The notes beneath the pieces were generated by a model, which was given only the letters and a program-made list of their open reading frames with translations, was not told where the DNA came from and did not search any database. Positions 8,700 to 16,243 of a stretch of DNA of 17,329 bases are shown in pieces; the first letter of the stretch is position 1, and every line of letters starts with the position of its first letter. The DNA is taken from positions 1 to 17,329 of the forward strand of contig WJMJ01000147.1 of the NCBI GenBank assembly GCA_014728035.1, in the 5' to 3' direction. A program made the translations under genes and the position numbers. This DNA is from Promethearchaeota archaeon. GTDB lineage: Archaea > Asgardarchaeota > Thorarchaeia > Thorarchaeales > Thorarchaeaceae.

Positions 8700-8710
8700 A
8701 ATCGAGTGAG

Positions 8711-9790
8711 CTACTTCCTCCAAGTTTGGATGAAAGGAATGAACATATCATCTTCAACTCGATAGTAGATTCTCCTCTTGAGACCATCAACAGTTGTACC
8801 ACCCACTTCAATCACTGTGCCCTCAGCGTAATCTTCACCACTTATAATACGATTTTGCCATTCTCTTCGTAATCCATACTTTCCACCGATTTCGGTAATT
8901 TCTGCAATATAGCACCGATTCCATTTCTCTAGAATATAAGTGGTAATTCTTCTGGTTGAACTTAGACGATCTGTAGGTCGTCCACCACGACTTTTGATGA
9001 AGTGTTCAATCTCTTTCCAAAATTGGGGATCTAACTTTATTGGCCTTTCTTCTACAGGTGAGTCTTCGATTTCCGTGGGACTAGTATCAGATAGTTCATT
9101 GTTAGAATTGGCTGACATTGATATATATCCCAGACGAACAATAGTAGTTGTCTCGTCTGCTGGAATACTAGTTGGAGTTTCTTCATCTATTTCAGGTACC
9201 TTAGAATCAAAGTAAATGGAAGAAAATTCCTGAGTAGAGGGCTTCTCTTTGAAAACCTTGGGTTGAGGGAACTCACCAATTGGCCATCCAAATTTTTCAA
9301 TTATTTTATTATTGTATTTGATTCCAAATTTCTCAAAATGTACTATCTCTCCGCATTTAATACATTTGAAATCAGTAAAGGTAAATAAGATTTTAGCCTG
9401 AATTCCATCTTTTTTTGGATAAATATCATTATCCCTGATACCATACAACTGTCCACCACAACTTGAACAAAGTAATACATATTCGAAAGGACGATTATCA
9501 GGCATCCGTAGTTTTCTTCGTGATGAAACCTTCAACTGTTTTTGTAATTTGTATTTGTATCGTATTTGCAAATTTTCTACTTCAACTTTTTTTCTGCAAA
9601 GAACACATTCGAATTTTACCAATGAAAGGTCATAAGGTGTTATCAACTCCGGTTCTTCGTTCGATATAACTGCACTCTTTATCCCAAATATGGGGCTTCC
9701 ACAATGTAAACACCAAAATTCATAGAGTATAACATCATAACTAGGGATTACAAATCTACCTTCAATCTTCCATGAAGTTTCCTGTACCAC
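8711..9790 (-). CDS. Hypothetical protein with two tandem C4 zinc-ribbon-like modules, an acidic Pro/Ser/Thr linker and a C-terminal globular domain
   Basis: CLHC..CVLC and CSSC..CIKC lie in two mutually similar blocks. 359-codon ORF with AT-rich codon use. Confidence 0.78.
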   Translation of the reverse strand: MVQETSWKIEGRFVIPSYDVILYEFWCLHCGSPIFGIKSAVISNEEPELITPYDLSLVKFECVLCRKKVEVENLQIRYKYKLQKQLKVSSRRKLRMPDNRPFEYVLLCSSCGGQLYGIRDNDIYPKKDGIQAKILFTFTDFKCIKCGEIVHFEKFGIKYNNKIIEKFGWPIGEFPQPKVFKEKPSTQEFSSIYFDSKVPEIDEETPTSIPADETTTIVRLGYISMSANSNNELSDTSPTEIEDSPVEERPIKLDPQFWKEIEHFIKSRGGRPTDRLSSTRRITTYILEKWNRCYIAEITEIGGKYGLRREWQNRIISGEDYAEGTVIEVGGTTVDGLKRRIYYRVEDDMFIPFIQTWRK

Positions 9791-9896
9791 GTTACAAACC
9801 CAATTATGGAAGATGATGGGAAATAAATATGTTTTTTCCTAATATATTCTTCAAACAAATAGTATAATTTGTGTGAGTCTATTCTTCGAATATAGA

Positions 9897-10268
9897 CTAC
9901 TTGGGAGGTAGCTGTAAAGCGAACTGAACACATGTCTCTAGTAGATTAAATCTAACCTCATCATCTGAGAAGATCGCATCAGGGATAACGACGTACTCTC
10001 GCATGGGACGACCCTTGAGAGGTTCGAAATTGCTTATCTCATCATACATCTCTTTCAGGGAGTCTTGCTGTTCTGGAGGATACCGGATAAACACCGAATC
10101 TTCAAACACACCTGCAAACATGTTTCCATTGAGAAAAAAAGCGTATTGCCCGAACATCTTCTTACGAACGAATGGAACCTCTATAAGACTCTCTTCAAGC
10201 AATTCCAGTAGTTCCTCAGATGGTTTTCTGTACGACATATCCATTCCATAGAAAGTGAAGATACCCAT
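9897..10268 (-). CDS. TfoX/Sxy N-terminal domain family protein
   Basis: RKKMFGQYAFFLNGNMFAGV..D.VFIR and FEP..GRPMREYV.IP are characteristic TfoX_N motifs. The start may be one of the downstream Met codons. Confidence 0.88.
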   Translation of the reverse strand: MGIFTFYGMDMSYRKPSEELLELLEESLIEVPFVRKKMFGQYAFFLNGNMFAGVFEDSVFIRYPPEQQDSLKEMYDEISNFEPLKGRPMREYVVIPDAIFSDDEVRFNLLETCVQFALQLPPK

Positions 10269-10350
10269 TTGAGCTCTTCTATGAATAGATATGTACCTCG
10301 TCCAATCTTACTTTATGAACAGAAATATAATTGTGAATTAAGATTGAAAC

Positions 10351-11040
10351 TTGATGGCAATGGTCTGGACAGAGCTGCTTATCCTTACACATCTTGTTCC
10401 TTATGTTCTTCTACCTACAATAATGTACATCCTCTATTCAAAGAAGGAGTACTATCAGGATAAGGTGTATTCATACAATCTACTTCAACTTGCATTTGTG
10501 GCATTGATTATCGCAATGATTGGAGAGTTTCTCTGGCACTGGCTAGTTCAAGGATGGGAGTATCAAAGTGGAGAATACCATCCATTGAATGGCTTGATGT
10601 TTTCCCTGATGGTACTAAGTTTTACACTGATAGCGATTGGTTTTGACAGAGGAAAACTAGTAGATGTGGTTCTTGTCCTTGTCACCATCATTACACCCAT
10701 AGCATATGTTGTGGGGATAAAGCCATTTGCTTACATTGCACAGACAATAGGTCTCGTTGCTTTGACTGTTCGCTCTATGCGTGTGCTACAGGACGGGCGC
10801 GTGATTCTGTTTCCAGTATTCTCCTTTGGTGTGAATATGGGTTTCATCTCGTTACTATTTTCTGCAACAGACCCCACGATACAGATCATCTACCATGTTC
10901 TTCATGACATCATGGGCACTTTGTTAGGTCTGGCTATCTGGGGATATCTTCTATGGATTAACCCAGATATAGAAAAACCCACAAAATCCTATAGCATTCT
11001 AACTAATCTGATTGGTTCGAAAAAGAGCTCTGAAGTTTGA
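10351..11040 (+). CDS. Predicted ~7-TM membrane protein of unknown function with intramembrane His/Glu/Asp motifs
   Basis: Seven hydrophobic stretches, with motifs LTHL, GEFLWHW and YHVLHD. Confidence 0.8.
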   Translation: MMAMVWTELLILTHLVPYVLLPTIMYILYSKKEYYQDKVYSYNLLQLAFVALIIAMIGEFLWHWLVQGWEYQSGEYHPLNGLMFSLMVLSFTLIAIGFDRGKLVDVVLVLVTIITPIAYVVGIKPFAYIAQTIGLVALTVRSMRVLQDGRVILFPVFSFGVNMGFISLLFSATDPTIQIIYHVLHDIMGTLLGLAIWGYLLWINPDIEKPTKSYSILTNLIGSKKSSEV

Positions 11041-11174
11041 TGTCAAGAATCCACAACATGATTTAGAAGATTCATCTTGAATCCGCGATGATCTGCCATC
11101 ATCTTACGAAGTGATGTGTTCACAACATCCCTATTCTGAATGACGTGAACTGGATACACTATAGAGGAACAGCA

Positions 11175-11276
11175 ATGTTCAATGAGACCATCCTGGAGAA
11201 TATTGTTTCAGAAATCTTGACGGAGTTTCAAGATGAGATGGAGCTATTTCTGCTATCTGAGGGAAAGAGGGAGTAA
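11175..11276 (+). pseudogene. 5' remnant of an MNT gene paralogous to 14409..14807
   Basis: Manual translation MFNETILENIVSEILTEFQDEMELFLLSEGKRE* aligns without gaps with MIDQKLLDEIVSAVLEEFPDQVELILL. Similarity stops just before the FGS motif. GAGG lies upstream of the ATG. Confidence 0.75.
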
Positions 11277-11288
11277 ATCCCCCTTTTC
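11263..11288. terminator. Possible hairpin or terminator just past the stop of the surface-protein gene
   Basis: AAAG-A-GGGA / GTAAA loop / TCCC-C-CTTT stem, about 20 bp beyond the stop at 11308. Confidence 0.35.
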
Positions 11289-11307
11289 TAGCTCATCCAG
11301 ATGAACT

Positions 11308-14154
11308 CTATTTGTTCTGTATATACCGCCTGATCACATATCCCACTATAAGAACAGCACCCACTGCAGTAAGAGCGATACCACCCACGACAACAGGATT
11401 GCCTAGTGGAGTGTTTTCAGCTGGTGTACTAGCTCCATTGTCTGTTACTGTAACCATCACAGTATCTGAGATACTATTTCCAGATTCATCATAAACACAT
11501 ATCGTGTAATTATATGTACCTACATCTAGCCCATCAATATCAATGGTTATTGGTGAACCAGCCCAAGCTCCAGAACGGATAACTGTATCATTTCGAAGGA
11601 GTGCATATGATTCAGAATTCAGATCAAGAGGGTGCCAAGTAATCTGATTTCCAGTAATTCCGTATTCATAGGAGCTGTCCACAGGATGATCGATAGTAGG
11701 TAACGTTCTATCTACTACTTCTAGTATGACTGTATCTGAAGCACTATTTCCTGATTTATCATACACACAGGCTGTGAAATTGTATATTCCTACAGCTAAC
11801 CCATCCACATCAACATTGATGGAAGAACCATCCCATGTATCTGATTCTACTGTGATGCCATTTTGCAGGATTATATACGAGTCAGGTTGCAGGTCGTTGG
11901 GCGTCCAAATAATCTCATTTCCAGTCGTCCCACACTCATAGGAACTATCAGCTGGACTGTCTATTGAAGGTGGATTTGAAGATATTACTATTACCATAAC
12001 CGTGTCTGAGATACTGTTTCCAGATTGATCGTACACCGAAATAGTATAGTTGTATATTCCAATATCTAATCCATCAATATTTACCGTAATAGATGAACCA
12101 TCCCAAGTATTAGATTGTATAGACGTGCCATTTTGCATGACTGTGTAGGATGCAGGTAGCAAATCGTCAGAATCCCAGATAATTTGGTTTCCGGTGCTCC
12201 CGTATTCATATGAACTATCAGATGGATTATTGATGGTGGGAGAAGTGGTGTCTTGCACACTAACCAGGACAGTATCCGAAATCCAGTTTTCTGATTCATC
12301 ATAAAGGACGACTGTGTAATTGTATTCTCCTACAGCTAATCCATCGACATCCACGGTGATTGATGAACCGAACCATGTTCCTGATTCCACTGAGGTGCCA
12401 TTCTGTAGAACTGCATAGGATGCAGGGTTCAAATCTGAGGGACTCCAGTAAATCTTGGTGCCAACTGTTCCGTATTCATAGTAACTGTCAGCTGGATGAT
12501 TGATAGAGGGTGGAATATTATCATGAACACTGACCATAATCGTATCTGATATCCAGTTTTCTGATTCATCATAAACAATGACTGTGTAATTGTATACTCC
12601 AACATTCAAACCATCGACATTAAGAGATATTGTTGAACCAGTCCAGTCTCCTGATCTGATGACCGAACCATTTCGCAGAATCGCATACGAATCGGGATTT
12701 AGATCCTCAGGGGTCCAGAGGAGCTCGTTTCCAGTCACTCCATATTCGTAGGAACAGTCATTGGGACTAGTGATGGTAGGAGCTGTAGTATCATGAACAC
12801 TGACTAGTACTGTATCAGAGTTCCAATGGTCGTATTCATCATACACAACAAGGGTGTAGTTGTATACCCCTACAGCCAGTCCGTCAATATCTACACTGAT
12901 AGCAGAACCGGTCCAGTCTCCTGATTCTATCGAGGACCCATTTCGCAAGACGGTGTACGATGCTGGATTCAGATCCTCAGGGGTCCAGAGGAGCTCGTTT
13001 CCAGTAGATCCTAATTCGTATGACCGGTCTATGGGACTAGTGATGGTGGGCGATACACTATCTCGAACAAAGACCCACACAGTATCACATTCACGATGTC
13101 CCTCCAAGTCATAGACTTCGAGTGTGAAATTGTGATTACCAATTCCCAATCCATCAACCGAAATGAAAAGCGCTGAACCATTCCAAATACCGGATGATAC
13201 CACAGATCCGTTTTGATAGATGCAATAAGAGTCAGGATAGGGATCTGCACAGGTCCAGGTTATCGAGTGCCCTGTAGAACCCAGCTCGTACGCCAAATCC
13301 AGGGGATGATCGATCGTCACGGAGAAATAGGCTGAAGTGTGATAGGGATGGTGATCTACGGAACCAGTAGCACCATTAATGGAATACGTTCCCGTTCCGG
13401 AGAAATCATCATAATAGTTCCCCAGAACTCCATCATCCCAGTCATTTGTATTGCCACCATCGTGAGCATTGATAGTATTATCAAAGAGAATATTGTAATA
13501 GATATTGCACTCACTTGATTGGGATAAAAGAATCCCATAATCATTCGAACTGGCGGTGTTGTTCGTCAGGGTGCAGTTGGTTGATTGATATAGTAGGAAC
13601 CCGTATTCGCCATTAGCACTGGCGGTGTTATGCGTCAGGGTGCAGTTGGTTGAGGAAGAGAGATAGAATCCTTGATTTCCGTTTGAAGAAGATATGATAC
13701 TATCAAGGGTGCAATTATATGATTCTGCAAGATACACACCATTTGTCCGATTTGTCACAACCGAGGAATAGATAGAACCATGAGTGACATTATCGAAGAT
13801 TATCCCAGGATTCACACCCGTTTCCGATACTGAAGAAATCACACATCCGTTAATCTCAAAGTAAGCTGTCGTGTCACTGATGCTGATACCCACCGAGTTG
13901 TTGACGATCTCCAAATCCTCGATTCGAAAAGGGTCACCCTCTGTACCTGCTCCAGGCCATCCCTGGTCGATAAAGTCCTGATTGCTTGTTATCACGATGG
14001 GATCGTGACTAGTCTGAGCAACAGTGGCGCAAGGGTGCTGTAGTTCAATAGGCTCAAAGGTTTCTGTGGTCTCTGCTCCCGATTGAGTCATCAGCAAAAC
14101 TCCACAACATATCAACATGAGTATAACTAGGCGTGCATTCATTCCCAGATCCAA
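11308..14154 (-). CDS. Membrane-anchored cell-surface glycoprotein: signal peptide, NosD/CASH-type parallel beta-helix, seven Ig-like 90-aa repeats and a C-terminal TM helix
   Basis: Hydrophobic N-terminus (likely start ATG 14142, MNARLVILML). HDPIVITSNQDF..GWPG.GT..DPF.IE leader, GxYLxxSxNCTLxxNTAxxN beta-helix repeats, seven PTI..P.D.SYEYG.TGN...W repeats and many N-x-S/T sequons. The TM helix is followed by RR. Confidence 0.92.
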   Translation of the reverse strand: MDLGMNARLVILMLICCGVLLMTQSGAETTETFEPIELQHPCATVAQTSHDPIVITSNQDFIDQGWPGAGTEGDPFRIEDLEIVNNSVGISISDTTAYFEINGCVISSVSETGVNPGIIFDNVTHGSIYSSVVTNRTNGVYLAESYNCTLDSIISSSNGNQGFYLSSSTNCTLTHNTASANGEYGFLLYQSTNCTLTNNTASSNDYGILLSQSSECNIYYNILFDNTINAHDGGNTNDWDDGVLGNYYDDFSGTGTYSINGATGSVDHHPYHTSAYFSVTIDHPLDLAYELGSTGHSITWTCADPYPDSYCIYQNGSVVSSGIWNGSALFISVDGLGIGNHNFTLEVYDLEGHRECDTVWVFVRDSVSPTITSPIDRSYELGSTGNELLWTPEDLNPASYTVLRNGSSIESGDWTGSAISVDIDGLAVGVYNYTLVVYDEYDHWNSDTVLVSVHDTTAPTITSPNDCSYEYGVTGNELLWTPEDLNPDSYAILRNGSVIRSGDWTGSTISLNVDGLNVGVYNYTVIVYDESENWISDTIMVSVHDNIPPSINHPADSYYEYGTVGTKIYWSPSDLNPASYAVLQNGTSVESGTWFGSSITVDVDGLAVGEYNYTVVLYDESENWISDTVLVSVQDTTSPTINNPSDSSYEYGSTGNQIIWDSDDLLPASYTVMQNGTSIQSNTWDGSSITVNIDGLDIGIYNYTISVYDQSGNSISDTVMVIVISSNPPSIDSPADSSYECGTTGNEIIWTPNDLQPDSYIILQNGITVESDTWDGSSINVDVDGLAVGIYNFTACVYDKSGNSASDTVILEVVDRTLPTIDHPVDSSYEYGITGNQITWHPLDLNSESYALLRNDTVIRSGAWAGSPITIDIDGLDVGTYNYTICVYDESGNSISDTVMVTVTDNGASTPAENTPLGNPVVVGGIALTAVGAVLIVGYVIRRYIQNK
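11440..13320 (-). repeat. Intragenic tandem repeat, 7 x 270 bp (90 aa)
   Basis: The 35-mer AGATCCTCAGGGGTCCAGAGGAGCTCGTTTCCAGT is identical at 12701 and 12971. ATCCAGTTTTCTGATTCATCATAAA is identical at 12281 and 12551. Both pairs are 270 bp apart. Confidence 0.92.
13550..13653 (-). repeat. 69-bp-period duplication of a beta-helix rung
   Basis: CTGGCGGTGTTnTnCGTCAGGGTGCAGTTGGTTGA occurs at about 13550 and 13619 (STNCTLTxNTAS twice). Confidence 0.8.
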
Positions 14155-14179
14155 CCAATGAGATGAATCAAATAGTCCG

Positions 14180-14187
14180 TTTATAAA
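14180..14187 (-). promoter_or_regulatory. Probable archaeal TATA box of the surface-protein gene
   Basis: TTTATAAA lies about 26-45 bp upstream of the candidate starts (14154 or 14142). Confidence 0.5.
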
Positions 14188-14370
14188 TTATTCGGCGGTC
14201 AGTACTACCAGAAAACCGAGAGACACCAGAGACCAGTTCGCCCTCCAGTTTAGTTCTTCGATACCGTGCCCGTTCCGGATTCAATAGGATCTACCATCAG
14301 CATATCATGTGAAATGCCGATATGGTGCGCGTTACATTCCGATGCCGAAAGGAAAATCTCCACCACCGCG

Positions 14371-14401
14371 TTTATTACCTGATGAAGGACTACATCAGGT
14401 A
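14371..14401 (+). promoter_or_regulatory. TATA box overlapped by a perfect 9-bp inverted repeat, a likely operator of the MNT-HEPN operon
   Basis: TTTATTA at 14371-14377. TACCTGATG (14376-14384), an 8-nt spacer, then CATCAGGTA (14393-14401). ATG at 14409. Confidence 0.65.
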
Positions 14402-14408
14402 GATACCG

Positions 14409-14807
14409 ATGATTGACCAGAAGCTCCTTGATGAAATCGTTTCTGCTGTACTAGAGGAATTTCCAGATCAAGTTGAGCTGATTCTACTCTTTGGGTCCCA
14501 CGCAACAGGGCATGCCCACGGTTTGAGCGATATTGATATCGCTGTGAAACTGAAAGATAAGGCGGATTATTCTCAGGACATTCTCGACCTACTCTCCCTA
14601 TGCGATTGGGTAAAGGGACCCAAAGTAGACTTCACTCTGATCAATATGGCAAATATAGGTCTACAATATCGGATAGCCACACAAGGCAAATTGCTGTACA
14701 CATCACATGAACGAAATCTGGGTAATCTCTTAGAGTATGTCTTTATCCGATATCCAGACTGGAAGATATTTCATGATGAATTTCGAAGGATGTATCTGGA
14801 GGGATAA
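14409..14807 (+). CDS. mntA: MntA-type adenylyltransferase antitoxin (type VII TA)
   Basis: LLFGSHATGHAHGLSDIDIAV fits GS-x10-DxD, followed by KVDFTLIN.A...LQYRI...GKLLY. Its stop overlaps the start of the DUF86 gene. Confidence 0.93.
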   Translation: MIDQKLLDEIVSAVLEEFPDQVELILLFGSHATGHAHGLSDIDIAVKLKDKADYSQDILDLLSLCDWVKGPKVDFTLINMANIGLQYRIATQGKLLYTSHERNLGNLLEYVFIRYPDWKIFHDEFRRMYLEG

Positions 14808-15235
14808 TGATGGGAGTAGACCGTACAACTGTTGAAGATAGACTAATTGTCATTATCAGATGCATTGGGGACATGAAGAGATTACGCGAACTCCCGTTCG
14901 AAGAGTACAAGAGAGACAGTCTGATGCAGGCTGCTGCGGAGAGAGTTCTTCAACTTGCAATCCAAGCTGTTCTCAATATCACGAGCCACATTGTCGCCCA
15001 TAACCGATGGGGTGAAGTTCAACAGTATACCGACTCGATTTCAATCCTTCAACAACGTGATATTCTACCTGAAGAACTCGCAAAGAGTTTGATTGATTTC
15101 ACGAGAATGAGAAACCTCATTGTTCATCAATATCTCAAGATCAATGTCCAGGTCATCTACGATACTCTAGAAGTAGCAATACGTGATCTGGAAAGGTTCA
15201 CTCAGATTATGAAAGACCTACTTGATACGAATTGA
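14807..15235 (+). CDS. hepT: HepT/DUF86-type HEPN ribonuclease toxin
   Basis: AAERVLQLAIQAVLNI and MRNLIVHQY, which fits R-x4-H-x-Y. Translationally coupled to the MNT gene. Confidence 0.93.
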   Translation: MMGVDRTTVEDRLIVIIRCIGDMKRLRELPFEEYKRDSLMQAAAERVLQLAIQAVLNITSHIVAHNRWGEVQQYTDSISILQQRDILPEELAKSLIDFTRMRNLIVHQYLKINVQVIYDTLEVAIRDLERFTQIMKDLLDTN

Positions 15236-15298
15236 TGAAATAGACCTGAAGACGCGATACCAATCTCATCCATATACTGACCTCCATTTGCACATAGA

Positions 15299-15718
15299 TT
15301 AGCAAGGATCTACTACGTGGAGATCAGGAATACGTTTGAATGATTGATCGTGAGTCATAATGATAGGTACGTTTTCAATCTCCATAGATGCGAGAATAGT
15401 TGCATCTCTGCCACCAATGCCCAGATGCGAAAAAGCACACAATTTTGATTTGGTTACATCTATAGTCTCTAAATCCAAGGTAAAAATTGGAATGTCTAGA
15501 CTTGTAAAGATCGTACCTTTCCTTCCTCCTACCAATGGTCCTAAACGCTTGACCAGATAGTGAAGGGTCTCAACAACAACCGTCGCATTTACACATGCTT
15601 TTTGAGATGTTAACGCCTTTTCAACAGGCCTAATCACTGATGTGTGCTCACTTAAACTCTCATCAAAATAATATGCCCATATGTTTGCATCAATCAGAAT
15701 CAACCTTCCATCCCCCAT
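15299..15718 (-). CDS. vapC: VapC PIN-domain toxin
   Basis: ILIDAN, VVETLH, GGRDATILA and MTHDQSF supply the PIN acidic residues. The likely start is TTG 15703, overlapping the antitoxin stop. Confidence 0.92.
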   Translation of the reverse strand: MGDGRLILIDANIWAYYFDESLSEHTSVIRPVEKALTSQKACVNATVVVETLHYLVKRLGPLVGGRKGTIFTSLDIPIFTLDLETIDVTKSKLCAFSHLGIGGRDATILASMEIENVPIIMTHDQSFKRIPDLHVVDPC

Positions 15719-15969
15719 ATCTCCTTCAGTTTCAAGGGATCAATATCTCCCGGAACCTTGATACAACCCTTCAGCTCCTCGATAAAGACTTCAACAGTGA
15801 CCACTTTCTCAATCACAATTTTATTATCAACAGCGGAAATATGGACTTTATCGCCTGATTTCAAACCTGCTTTATCACGAATCTCTTTTGGAAGAGTTAT
15901 CCTTCCGCGATCATCTAATTGACCATTACCCATATTTATTCCCATTCCCATAATAACACCCACCCACAT
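15700..15969 (-). CDS. vapB: AbrB/MazE/SpoVT-family antitoxin
   Basis: LDDRGRITLPKEIRDKAGLKSGDKV...KIVIEK is a swapped-hairpin signature, and the gene lies directly upstream of the PIN gene. The real start is probably ATG 15933 or a nearby Met. Confidence 0.92.
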   Translation of the reverse strand: MWVGVIMGMGINMGNGQLDDRGRITLPKEIRDKAGLKSGDKVHISAVDNKIVIEKVVTVEVFIEELKGCIKVPGDIDPLKLKEIWGMEG

Positions 15970-16095
15970 AAATCTATAGTACGAGAAGGAAAGAGGTTAG
16001 ATCTATAGTCATGCTCTCGACTGTGTGCTTATCAACTTTCTTTCGTAAGAGATACCCAGTGAGTAACTAATATTATGAGATTATCATAGTGGAAC

Positions 16096-16212
16096 TATCA
16101 TGACGATTGATGTCTCGGAAATATTTTCGAGTATCTCTAAATCCGGTATCCAGACTGGAAGATATTCCACGATGAGTTTCGAAGGATGTATTTGAAAGAC
16201 AAAGACAACTGA
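16096..16212 (+). pseudogene. 3' remnant of an MNT gene paralogous to 14409..14807, with two in-frame stops
   Basis: Translates as YHDD*CLGNIFEYL*IRYPDWKIFHDEFRRMYLKDKDN*, versus intact TSHERNLGNLLEYVFIRYPDWKIFHDEFRRMYLEG*. Bases 16141-16194 match 14745-14798 at 49 of 54 positions. Confidence 0.9.
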
Positions 16213-16243
16213 ATGACTTATCTAGCTGTTCTACAACCTGTTA

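Noticed and set aside
8700-8811. A 193-aa intact gene starting at 8811
   Set aside because: The first ~37 codons overlap the zinc-ribbon gene out of frame and show no similarity to the repeat family. Homology starts mid-repeat.
10351-11040. 7-TM protein as a rhodopsin or heliorhodopsin
   Set aside because: There is no retinal-binding Lys (DxxxK or SxxxK) in the seventh helix.
11060-11150. Cluster of tiny inverted repeats (GATTCA/TGAATC, GATGAT/ATCATC, GATGT/ACATC) as a structured ncRNA
   Set aside because: The stems are only 5-6 bp, which is expected by chance, and no tRNA or known RNA fold is recognisable.
14290-14340. attC-like arrangement ATCTACC..CATATC..GATATG..GTTACAT, plus isolated GTTAGCC (580-586) and CTCTAACAATGC (~6295), suggesting an integron cassette array
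   Set aside because: It is only about 49 bp, lacks the AAC core and the extrahelical base, and the other sites have no partner half. Genes lie in mixed orientations and there is no integrase.
14745-16194. The near-identical 54-bp pair as a DGR template/variable repeat or as attL/attR
   Set aside because: The mismatches are synonymous codon changes, not adenine-specific, and there is no reverse transcriptase or recombinase in the window. A paralog remnant explains it better.
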